The notes beneath the pieces were generated by a model. The model searched no databases, had not been told where the DNA came from, and saw only the letters and a list, made by a program, of their open reading frames with translations. A stretch of 63,913 nucleotides of DNA, filler included, from Pelomyxa schiedti (lineage: Eukaryota; Protista; Evosea), in the NCBI GenBank assembly GCA_020536535.1. It is 15 parts of 15 records of this genome, joined end to end, with 100 filler letters (N's around TTAATTAATTAA, not from the genome) between each part and the next. Parts side by side here need not be neighbours in the genome. Positions count along the whole stretch, not along the records: positions 28,975 to 43,089 come from JAHLWZ010001174.1; positions 43,190 to 44,839 come from JAHLWZ010002356.1; positions 44,940 to 46,800 come from JAHLWZ010000441.1; positions 46,901 to 48,697 come from JAHLWZ010002268.1; positions 48,798 to 52,110 come from JAHLWZ010001770.1; positions 52,211 to 53,312 come from JAHLWZ010002832.1; positions 53,413 to 57,965 come from JAHLWZ010001585.1; 8 more parts are not named here. One strand, given 5' to 3'. Each line of letters begins with the position of its first letter. Position 1 is the stretch's first letter. Both the position numbers and the translations under genes were made by a program. Below, piece by piece: positions 42,834 through 53,891 of this stretch.

Positions 42834-43189
42834 TTTTTCGGTTTTGGTCAAAAAGGAAAACACAGAAGGAGGAGAATAATGGTGATGGCAATGGTTCTGT
42901 TCTATTCTTACATCGAGAAAAGGCAACATGGCACACAAAGTGCTAGTAATACTAGTGCTGTAAAAATCGACGTGAGCTGGTGGGCTGAGTTTTCTTGTCT
43001 GTGAAATGTTGAATTGGCAACAGTCGATTCAAGATGGAGTACTCTGACCTGCATATCTCGGTTTGAAGACCTGCAAATGTGCAGTTCTCNNNNNNNNNNN
43101 NNNNNNNNNNNNNNNNNNNNNNNNNNNNNNNNNTTAATTAATTAANNNNNNNNNNNNNNNNNNNNNNNNNNNNNNNNNNNNNNNNNNNN

Positions 43190-43307
43190 ACACCAGCACC
43201 GCGACGGCAGAGTGGGCCACCGACGTGGACGACGAGCACGCGAGCACGCCCACTTGGGTCCGTGCAGAGAGACTGGCCCGAGCGACGAAGTTGTGGTCTC
43301 GATTCAT
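43190..43307 (-). CDS. Orphan expanded-family protein (extreme 5' fragment)
   Basis: MNRDHNFVARASLSARTQVGVLAC matches the family N-terminal motif. Confidence 0.5.
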
Positions 43308-43523
43308 TCGACTTGGTTGTTTGGGTTTCCTTAGTTTCAATGAAAGTGATTTGATTGATGCTTCCACATTGGACAATGAAAGGGATAAGTGAGCTGACAC
43401 CCTGATACTTGTACCCTTGGTTATTACCAACACACCAGCCCACCTCACTCTCCAATCTACCTTGGCACAAAGACCAAATACCAAAGTGCTTTGTCGTCAA
43501 GTATTGGGTCCCAACAAAACCGA

Positions 43524-44839
43524 ATGCAACAGACAACGCCTGTACTGCCAGCTCCAACGCCAAGCGAGTCTAGTTGTCCACATCCTCTGGACTCTACATC
43601 ATTGGTTCCCAATGAGCCCGTAACGAAACGCCCGCGGTGCACCTCCCATAATCGTGTCGGTACGGACGTTGCCGCCGCCGACTGCCCTGCTGTCCAAACA
43701 ACTTCGCCGGCCTTGCCCTCTCAAGACTCTGGCTCCCATAATCAGCAACCTCCTGTAGTAGCTAGTGATTCTGTTTGTATGTGTCTTATTGGGTTTGGCG
43801 TGTTGGCCTTTGCTTATGTATTTCCAATGCAGCTGATACAAGTAAAGTGAAGTTCACTGAGGGAGGTTGTATGATGCACAAAACCCGGTGGCATGACAGC
43901 AAGACAGTAAGGTCAACTGTATCAGACGGAATTTCTTATTTGGACATACTGGCCTCCCAGGCTGAAAAAGTGTGTGTGATCCTGTTTCTTTGTTTTTTAT
44001 TGAATATGGCGAAAAGGGCACAAGGGAAGTCAGCACCGAAATTGACGAGGCTTTGGAAGAACTTAAAAGTTTCCTGGTGAAAAAGATCGATTGTAAGATA
44101 GCCAGATTGAAGGCCCAAGCACAAAGAAATATGACAGTGTGTTCGCTCTGTGCTGTAACCTTTCATACTTACATTTAAAAAAACAGATGTCGCTAACCCA
44201 GCTCAAGAGTCTCAATACGGCTACATTCAAAGGGACACAAAGGGTATGCATTCTGTAATAGGAGTATTCTTTTTCACAGTAATGAAAGGTCTTTTACCCA
44301 AAAGAGCGTGCCCACAATTTGTTGGGTGACACCTTCACTGACATTGCTCGTGAAATTTTCATTGTCCAAGGTTTGCCAGTGACACACGTGCTCTTTTCTC
44401 TCAAATTTACCAATCCAATAAAGGTACTCACATTCTGGACCTTCCAATTGCCGTTTTGGTACACGTCGTTGAGTATTTGAAGCCACGTTCTTGGGGCATG
44501 CTTCGCACTGTGTGCTTCAAATTTTGGAAGGCTGTCTGCGAACGTGTGGTCCAGCCATTTCACTCCGAACTAACCTATTGTTATATTCAGTAACACGAAC
44601 AGGCAACATCACACTTTCGACTGCTGTTCAATGGGAACACGAAGAGTGGAAACTTGTAGGGGGAGATACTGTGGTTACTCCCACTGGTGACTTTGAGTTC
44701 AAAGTGGTCTCCACCCCTGAGGACATTACTGTGTGGGTAGCCCTTTCCGTGAGCAAGCTCTTTGCACAGCCCAAGTCCATCAAAATAGTGGCCCATGACG
44801 CTGACAATGTGTTGCTGGCTGAAACGAAGTCCACCCTCA
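43524..44839 (+). CDS. Hypothetical multi-exon protein (coiled coil, then beta-rich domain), truncated
   Basis: Consecutive exons with GT-AG introns; helical segment EIDEALEELKSFL...KIARLK. Confidence 0.45.
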
Positions 44840-45258
44840 NNNNNNNNNNNNNNNNNNNNNNNNNNNNNNNNNNNNNNNNNNNNTTAATTAATTAANNNNN
44901 NNNNNNNNNNNNNNNNNNNNNNNNNNNNNNNNNNNNNNNGGGTTATGAATGTATCTGACAGACCCGGCACAACAAACAAACAGGCACTCCTGCTGCCGTA
45001 AGATCTCCCGTTTCGTTGTTGATTTCGGAAATTGATGGAGGAGTACGAATTAGCCAGTTCATGTTTCGGCTTTTACTGGAAGTTGCCGGGAAATCAATGA
45101 TTCAATCACCACATGAGATTGTGCTCCGTCCACTTCATTCTGCCGGTGGCTCGTTCAACTCTGTTTCACCATTCTTTTCTTGCAAACTAGTGCATCAATT
45201 TCAGCAGTTTTTCCCAGCCTCTAGAAGTGTGAATAAAATTTCGCTCGTCGACAGGCCC

Positions 45259-46396
45259 ATGGCGTCCCACAATGCAGATGGCAGCGATGGAGTCACAGTG
45301 ATGGTGCTGGCGGGGGGTAGGTCGACAAGGATGGGAAGGGACAAGCCCACGTGCGTGGAACTAGGTGGAAGGTCACTGTTGTCTTGGGTTTTGTCATGGT
45401 ACTCATATCCCCCCCCCTATGAAAACACGTTTTTGTTATGTGACGCGTTTTTTTGGATCGCTGGCTTCTAAATATATTAAGATTAAGATTTGAACATATC
45501 TCTGCCATAATCGTTCCTTTATTGCTTCCCTCCCTTTTTTTTTTTTCTCTTCGCACTAAGTAGAAAGTGTAGAGAGAGTATTCGCAAAGGACAGAATATT
45601 TGTATCACTTGGTGCCGGGCAACCAATATCCGACGACTTGGACAGGCAGCTCGGCGGTATTGCCGTAGTGCGCGACAGAAGCGAGGCCTCCCATAATGGT
45701 GTGGGAGTTGGCCCGCTTGGGGGAATCCAGGCCGGCCTCAGCAGATGCCAAACCCCTTGGCTTATGGTTCTTCCCTGCGATTGTCCCTTTGTCAGTGAGT
45801 CATTCATAAGAGGAATGACAAGACTCACCCACGGCACCCAAAGCAAGGCAAAATAATTCACTAATTACAATCGCACAATAATAAGACCCGAGTTAAAAAT
45901 AAAAGTAAAACTTAAGCAACTCACCCATAACCAGGTAATTGTTCCCAAGCCCGATAGTGACTTGTACGAGCCCCTTCACGCCCTGTACTCCCGGGAGCTC
46001 CTCCCACAAGTGGATTCGATGGTGGCCACCAACCACCGCCGAGNNNNNNNNNNNNNNNNNNNNNNNNNNNNNNNNNNNNNNNNNNNNNNNNNNNNNNNNN
46101 NNNNNNNNNNNNNNNNNNNNNNNNNNNNNNNNNNNNNNNNNNNCGAGCCCCTTCACGCCCTGTACTCCCGGGAGCTCCTCCCACAAGTGGATTCGATGGT
46201 GGCCACCAACCACCGCCGAGTGTACGACCTCTTTGATGTGTCCTGTACTACATTTGTGGACCGGACTATGTTGGATTCCATTGATGCTGCGTGGGAGTCC
46301 AGCTTCTTCAACATCAACACGCCTTCACAGCTTGAGGCCGCCCAGGCCCATGTTGCTTCAAACTTCACATCAAAGCTTCCTCCATCTTATCACTGA
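45259..46396 (+). CDS. mobA: Molybdenum cofactor guanylyltransferase MobA, 2 spliceosomal introns
   Basis: VLAGGRSTRMGRDK, GPLGGIQAGL, LPCDCPFV, EPLHALYS, FFNINTPSQL. Introns 45399-45567 (GT-AG) and 45848-45934 (GC-AG). A 77-nt gap overlap must be collapsed. Confidence 0.9.
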
Positions 46397-48460
46397 CACC
46401 CTTGTGTGTAATTTTCTGGGGTCAAAGGTGAAGCGTGAAGGTACGTGCATTGCCACACGTCTTCTAATCACAGCAGTATAATTGCAGTTATACCTCACGT
46501 CACCATAAATACCTTTCTGTGCTTAATGCATTTTTTGTCCACTCCCGAGGCCAAACAAAACAAAAAATCTTTCTGTGAAGGCAACGAGAAAAAAATTGAT
46601 CGACAATGTTGGGACTCACACTAGGGGGTTTTTGGTCCAAAAAACGAAAATCTGGTCCAGGGGAAAAAATCCGGTCCGGAAAAAAAATACTTTTTTTCTG
46701 TGAATTTCTGTGGCCTGTGGTTTTGTCACAGGGTGTGAGGCATGTGGTTGTCAGAGCTTGTTGTAACATGGACAACTCAATATTATTGTCACAACCAGCA
46801 NNNNNNNNNNNNNNNNNNNNNNNNNNNNNNNNNNNNNNNNNNNNTTAATTAATTAANNNNNNNNNNNNNNNNNNNNNNNNNNNNNNNNNNNNNNNNNNNN
46901 ACTTGAAAACGGTGGTACGCTGCTGGGATTGAGAGGCCGAAACTGTGAAGTATGAGATGAAGAGCGAAAAGGCGTTAAGAAGGGATGTTGAAAATTGTGC
47001 AAGAGGGAAACTGGCAATAAGGGAGTGCATACATCCTCAAGCACTTGAAACGCCGGCATAGTGGACCCAAACCATAGATTTTTTGTTTTTTTTCCTTTTT
47101 CCTCCCCCAACACCAACCGCAAACAAACGACCCCTCCCAAGTGTAAAACCTCCTGCCCGCTCCAGTTTTTTGTACGCGGTTTTTGGGGCTTTATGCCTGA
47201 CGAAATGAAGGCCTCATTCTCATCACATTTGCACACCGGTGTAACTCCGTTCCTTAAACGTTCCTTAAACTCATTAACTCCGTTGCCTAAACGCGCCGGA
47301 AACTCTACAAGCGGGAATAAAAATTGGTTTTATCCCCGGAGGAGGGTTGCCTGTGTTACTGGGTAAAGACAAGAAAAAAAAATTGGTTGTTGCATAGTGA
47401 TGGGACGCAATAAACCAACAAGAGCAACAACTGAGGTAGACACAGGAACATCGTTATTTGTGCCTCCAAGTGTGGTGACAAGTGCGTTGTTGTGATGATG
47501 GCAGAGAGGGGGAACAATGGCGGTGACAACAGGGCAACAACAGAGTCAACAAATGTGGTGAGTGCTTTCAGTGGGGCAGGGACTGGCGTGGTGGCAACTG
47601 GTGTGGCAGTGAAATATGTGGTGGCTGCCATGGGGGGAGCTCCAACATTAATAACAAGTGTGGTGACCAGTGTGGTGACTACTGCAGTGACAGGTGCGGC
47701 GATGAGTGTGGTGATGGGTGTGGTGACGGGTGCAGTGAAAAGTGCCAGGATGGGTGTAACTGGTGGGATGAGTGCAACAAAGGGTACTTCAACTGGATTG
47801 CTACCAACCGGTGCCACACACACTACTACAGTGTTGTCCCTTTAGCTAACAAACAATCAGCAGCACCTGCTTCCTCTCAACCAAAAAGAAACATACCCCC
47901 AAAATCAACAAAAAAACCTTCAAAATATAAAACTAAAAAACCCAAATCTTCTGTGTACTTTAGCAAGTACACGAGCTTTAGCTCTATGGACACTTTGCGG
48001 ACTCTACATGAATCCTGACTCTCAAGATCCAATGCAGGCTTGATGGAATTACTGGAATAAGGCAGTGACGATCTTATGAGACTTAATTAAGGTAATCTCG
48101 ACTGAGAATTGGACAACAGCATGGCTTTGAAGCTAACTGCACCTAACCACACCAACCTAATTATCCTTTGAACACGTGCAACCCAAGCACGAGAACAAGC
48201 AAGAGAACCTTTACACTCTCACTCTCTTTCATTCTTTTCCCTCTGTGGGGCTTTATTCTCTTCCCACAGAAGCTAACACTTCACAAACCAAAAAACCCAA
48301 ATTGTCACAAAACAAAAAACCCAAATCTTCAAAATCAATTCAGCCACCAGAACTTAAAAAACCTAAACATTCACATGCTCTTCGTGTACCACATAAACAT
48401 GCACCCTCAACCTCACTTCAACATTTTGAATCAAGCTAACCACACTTAATCACACCAAAA

Positions 48461-48697
48461 TTAATTATCCTTTAACAATGTTGTGTTTCCTGTGTTGCCA
48501 CAACTTCCACCACCAGCACCCCACAGCTTCACCATCACCCTCATGGGTGTTGTGCTTGTCTTCACCAATTTTGTTGGTTTGGAGAATGGTGATGACTCTA
48601 CTTGTGTTGCTGCACAAACAACAGCACTGTATTCTGTTCCTGGCCTCAGCCTGTCAATGATCACCTGGCACGTTGTTGTTGGTGCCACCACAGTTTT
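48461..48697 (-). CDS. Fibronectin type III fragment followed by the start of a glycine-rich (WGAGGG) domain
   Basis: IDRLRPGTEYSAVVCA...ESSPFS, then VMVKLWGAGGG. No clear continuation, so possibly a pseudogene. Confidence 0.6.
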   Translation of the reverse strand, partial: KTVVAPTTTCQVIIDRLRPGTEYSAVVCAATQVESSPFSKPTKLVKTSTTPMRVMVKLWGAGGGSCGNTGNTTLLKDN

Positions 48698-48952
48698 NNN
48701 NNNNNNNNNNNNNNNNNNNNNNNNNNNNNNNNNNNNNNNNNTTAATTAATTAANNNNNNNNNNNNNNNNNNNNNNNNNNNNNNNNNNNNNNNNNNNNAGC
48801 AGCAGCAACATGCAGGATCACAACAATACCGGCAATCACAGCAATCACAGTATGTGCATGCTATCCCGCCATCATCAGCACATCCCGCCACTGTTCCTGC
48901 ACAACAACAACAACAACAGCAACGTGTGCCACGTACTCCCTCATCACCATCA

Positions 48953-49294
48953 TCACAACCGTTGCTGTATGTTCCACCGCTCCAGCAGGTCCTTCTCGTC
49001 GGGTGAGGGGTAGAACGCCTTTGTCCGGTGCAACGGCATCTTGGGCGAGGACAGGCTGACCGCGGCCTCTCCCTCTTCCTCCTCCATGTCGGCCGCCCCC
49101 GCCGCAGGCTCCTCCTCCCGCACCACCTCGTCCTCCTCGCCATCCAATTCGGGGTTCGCCTCATTGCCACTGTCTTCGCCTGTTCCTTCGTTGTGCTGTT
49201 GGGGCATGCGCTCACGAGCTTCGCCGCGGTCCCCGTCTGTTTGCTTCCACCTCAACAGTCCCATTTTTTTCCCTTTTTGGGGCCAACAGATCAC
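48953..49294 (-). CDS. Short acidic ORF, hypothetical or gene remnant
   Basis: GC- and CpG-rich ORF; part of it is copied into the adjacent foldback. Confidence 0.3.
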   Translation of the reverse strand: MICWPQKGKKMGLLRWKQTDGDRGEARERMPQQHNEGTGEDSGNEANPELDGEEDEVVREEEPAAGAADMEEEEGEAAVSLSSPKMPLHRTKAFYPSPDEKDLLERWNIQQRL

Positions 49295-49352
49295 AATTAA
49301 TCATTAATCTCGAAGATCGGGAAAAAGAGGTTAACCCTGGGCTCACCGAGTT

Positions 49353-50802
49353 TTAGTGGTTCTGGAGCCATGGGTGGTGTTTGGCCTGTTGCGCCGTCAG
49401 CCATCGAGATGGGTTGTTCTGAAGGAGTTGCAGCATGAGGTCCTTGGCTGGAAGAAGATGGTGAGGCGACTGTTAGTTAGATGAAGGAGGGTGACTGGAA
49501 AGGAAGGACTACTGACTCACTGTCAAGTAGTCCATATGTTTGTTGTCTTGAGAATGAAGTACGTACACCACAGGTTTTCCATACACTCCTTCAACCCGTT
49601 TCCTTCGTTGTGCTGTTGGGGCATGCGCTCACGAGCAAACAGATGGGGACCACGGCAAAGCTCGTGAGCGCATGCCCCAACAGCACAACAAAGGAAATGG
49701 GTTGAAGGAGTGTATGGAAAACCTGTGGTGTACATACTCTGTTCCCAAGACAACAAACATATGGACTACTTGACAGTGAGTCAGTAGTCCCCCCCAGTGC
49801 TGCTCCTGGGCGGTGCCCCAGAGGTGAGTAAATGGGAAACAGGTGGGACTGTTTTGACTCACTCACATTGCATGAAGTAGTATGCCAAGAGACCTGAGCC
49901 TATGTTAGTGATTGTCACCAACTCAATAGTACTTACCACATATCTGCTGGAAAACTATACCCCCGGTGCAAGTTTGGCCCCTGGTCACAACGGAATACCT
50001 CCAGAGCTGTATAATGCGGCATGCCGCAGTATGTCTGAGCCAGTTATCCTTCTGGGAGGATGTTAGAACCAAACAGAAAAAAGAGGAAAGTAAGTAGTCC
50101 TATACCTCATAAAACTTGTGACAAACCAAAATCCTTTTTTGAGAAAGATTAGTGTGTTGGCTGGAGATTACAATATCAGACATACGACAATTTTCACATG
50201 TGGAGGGCTCCTCGCATAACATTATCCCCCTAATTGTGGTGAGGAGCAGTGTTGCCTTTATTTGTCCAAACCTTAAGGTCCCTGGAACCAAAAGAAATTG
50301 AGAATAAAAAAAAACAGAGGGAACAGCAACCTATGAAATATACCACAGGAGTGAAGATAGTCCACACCATCAAGTATCTGTGAAAAAATAGCTCTTGCTT
50401 CAGGCTCCGTAAGACAAGCACCTTCCTGTGGAAAAAAGGGTGTAAAAAAAGGGGAGGTGGGACAGACAACTAGGTGCTTCAACCGTGATTTTTTCACACA
50501 AAGTTCCTCCATGAGCTCTGGTAAAGGAGTAAGTGAAACTAAGCAATGAAGGAGGACCAGCTGAGGTCTTGGGAATTATACCTTGGCATTACAATGCATG
50601 TGTTGTCTTCTGGGCTCTCGTAGTAGGTGATTATCGGTAAGACATTGGGGTGGCTCAATATGCGGCCGATTTTCAGCTCTGCCTTTAGACTCTTCCAATC
50701 TCCATTTGAAATGTGCACACTTTTTATGGCCACATCACAATCCAGAGGGACCCAGCCCTGTGGCTTCTGTGTGCCAAATCTTCTTCTTCCAGATGTCATC
50801 AC
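49353..50802 (-). pseudogene. Decayed CAMK/SNF1-like kinase gene
   Basis: DVAIK, HPNVL, EPEARAIFSQILDGVDYLH, FH|RDLK, TYCGMPHYTALE, DMWSLGILL, AKDL..LL..NPSRWLTA..HPWL. In-frame TAA at 50044-50046, and a foldback sits inside the C-lobe. Confidence 0.75.
49506..49790. repeat. Long inverted repeat (131-nt arms, 23-nt loop)
   Basis: 49506-49636 is the reverse complement of 49660-49790 with only a handful of mismatches. Confidence 0.95.
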
Positions 50803-52210
50803 AGCAAACAGCAGGCTTCAACAAAAAACCACCTCTCGTAAGCAAACCTGTTTCTCTCTTGATCCAATGTAACCATTGTTACAGCGAGAACGCGTAAGTC
50901 ACTGTGTACTCTGAGCTGTCTGTAGAGAGTCTCACTGACACCACAACAATGAAAAGACTTCTTTTGGGCAAACCATTCTCAATAAAAGTACTTAATATTT
51001 GCCATGTTGTATCTGTTGGAGTGAATTGAGTTAAAACAAGTAGTTTGAAGACGAAATGCAAGGGGTAGTACAAGGGTAAAAATGGAGTGGGATGTTAGGT
51101 TCTGTGGATCATCAGTCCACATGGACACAGGTGAACGTCGGCATCGGTCTAGTTGTACCATCCAGGAACTTCTGCTTTTGAGGGGAAGAAGAGAGGGACT
51201 GGTAAGAGGAGAGCTTCCATCGTTGTGGTTGTGCGGGAATGAATACACGATCACGGCTTTTCCACTTTCAAATCAGCCAAGTTCTTTTCAGGTGCAGTGA
51301 TCCCAATGTGTTGTGATAAGCTGTTATCAACACAGCTGGAACAAGGAAACTTAAGCAGCGAATATCCTGTGAGGTTAATGGGCATTATATAACTCACGCA
51401 CACACAAGTACACACACACACCAGATATACCCAATGAGAGTAGGTCACTTGTGTCAGACTCGGTACAACACACAGCGGGGATTGCGTGGACAGCATCAGC
51501 CGAGTGGCATGAGGTGGCCACGACCCACCACATCATCGGATACTCCCCCCCCTTTGCACCACACGACGCACCGTGCTGCTGTTGTTCTTCCTCATGCCAC
51601 GGGGCTCCCCCGACGACGAAGATGCATGCAGCAGTAGGCAGTCGTGTTTGTTGGGTGCCCTGCAGTTGGCATGTTGTTTGGTTCTGCCTGCGACGTGTCT
51701 GGAGGGGAGTTTTCAAAGCCGAAGGAAACGAAAGGCACTGCGCTGGTGAGCCTTGCGAGCAAGCCCAAGTTCGTGTACTTGTGGAAGTACACAGACGAGG
51801 ACCATTGCCAGCTACCTGGTGCCCACACACCCACTAGACCCTATACGGCAGACCCAACTGACGTCACATTATTCCCTCTTTTTTACTTAGAAGGCCCTCA
51901 ATCACTACAAGGTCCCACTGCACAGTCCTACCGCACATGGGTTTTTAAACAAAACGTCAGCCAGAAAAAAAGTTCGGTAGCCCCGCCAGGATTGGGACTG
52001 CCCAAACTTTTTCGGTGTGCACACGATCAAAAAACGAGCGTTTTTCTGGGAAAACAGTGTGCACACAGTTTGCAGCACGCCAACGGCCAACAGACACACC
52101 AATGTGCTTCNNNNNNNNNNNNNNNNNNNNNNNNNNNNNNNNNNNNNNNNNNNNTTAATTAATTAANNNNNNNNNNNNNNNNNNNNNNNNNNNNNNNNNN
52201 NNNNNNNNNN

Positions 52211-53307
52211 TCGTGGGCGAGATACAGGACAGGGCGCCGGGGTGTGGTGACATGTGGGTGGATGACACGCGGTACTTGGGGAGCACACTGCACAAGAAGG
52301 CGGTGGAGTGCGGCGATGGCGGGGATGGAGATGGAGACGGATACGGGGGAGAGGCGGTTGATGTGGTCGCGCCGATGTCGTTTGCCAGGTGGATCATGTG
52401 CAATGCTTGTGATGTGGGGTCACTGTGGCCCAAGAGGAGGGATGACGGTGTGGTTGTGTGTGAGGAGCCCGTGTGGTTCAGAAGAAAGTATGGTGCCAAC
52501 TCAAAGTGGCTGGTACTGCTTGGTTGTGGAGTGGGTGGTGGTGAGAAGGTTCATCGCTTCAATGACGACTCCAACAAGAACAGGACTGGTGGGTTCTCCC
52601 ATCACAAGGTTCCACCGGAGGTGATTTCTGATGGTTACACACTGGAAAGTGCCCTCCTCCGGTTCGATGGGCAAAGGCCTGATGAGTTGCTTCTTTTCCT
52701 CCTCAGAAAAGCAAGGTCGGCAGAATCATCAATCATTGTGATTGTCATTGATGTGGAGCAGACACACTCAAATGGTGCACTGTGTATTTGTAGCATCACA
52801 CCGTGGTCATCCCCATTTGTTGGTGCTCTCATATCCGCCTTTGTGATGAGGAAGAAAAGTGGTGCCCGTTGTTTCATCTGCACAGCATTCATTTCTGATC
52901 CCAACACAGTAAGAAGTTATAGTGGAAATCAAATGCGCGGTATTGCAGTTGAAGAAGGCACTGGCCGCGTCACACCACTTGCACCACATGCTTGGTTCGA
53001 CCCTGTGAGTGACTCTGTGTTCCTCATCAGGGATGCAACATGCAACAACCTGCTGATTTGTGATTGCAACGACCCAACCAGCCCCTCCAATGTCGTCATG
53101 TCCACCAATTCCAATTGTTTGGATGATGAGGGACCACTCCACGACAGGAAGCTGCCAGTGGTGGGAGTGCGGTCAGGAGCAGGGTTCCTGTTTTGCACAG
53201 ATGGGTCACACCTCAGGGTGATTGAGCCATTCACTGGGTTCTGTGTCCTCACTCTCAAATTTCCACTCTGTCGGGACCTCACCGTGACACTCCCTTTTTG
53301 TTCTTGA
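52211..53307 (+). CDS. Orphan expanded-family protein (3' part, intronless)
   Basis: ANSKWLVL, IDVEQTHSNG, VIEPFTGFCVL. Confidence 0.65.
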
Positions 53308-53412
53308 ATCCANNNNNNNNNNNNNNNNNNNNNNNNNNNNNNNNNNNNNNNNNNNNTTAATTAATTAANNNNNNNNNNNNNNNNNNNNNNNNNNNNNNNN
53401 NNNNNNNNNNNN

Positions 53413-53891
53413 TGTGCGTGGACCTTAAGACGTCGTTTGAGTCTCACAACCTGGCTGTGACTCAGGAATTTTTGGGACTCTCCTTCACAGTGGAGGAGGT
53501 GTTCCACTCAAAGAAGCACAAGGTCATTGCGGCAACGTGGGGATGCAACACAAGGGGTGACCGTGCGTTGAGCCTCAGGTCACTCCAGCAGCAGCCACCC
53601 CATCATCCGGTTCTTCTCCACACATCAGAAGACCACCTGCCAGATAATCTGGCCAAGGTGGATAACACTCACTTTGCGTGTTGCAACCGCAGGACCCACA
53701 CTCTGAGTGTCTTCTCCACTGATGACTTTGATCACCCTCTGCGTGTTTTCCCACTCTCTCCAAACTTCCACTTTGAGAACGGGTTCATTGTGTTCCGTTC
53801 CGGTGACGATGAGTGCTTGGACCTTGTGGATGCTGTAACTGGCACTCGGCTGTTGTGCTTAACAAGCCCCTCGATTCACTGGATGAACTGA
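53413..53891 (+). CDS. Orphan expanded-family protein (3' fragment)
   Basis: VDLKTSFES ... LVDAVTGTRLL. Confidence 0.65.

Noticed and set aside
42184-46396. DUF2752 and mobA as a linked prokaryote-derived cluster
   Set aside because: They lie on different scaffolds separated by linkers, so the adjacency is artificial.
47242-47295. Short imperfect tandem repeats (TAACTCCGTT / CGTTCCTTAAA)
   Set aside because: Only two to three degenerate units and no spacer structure.
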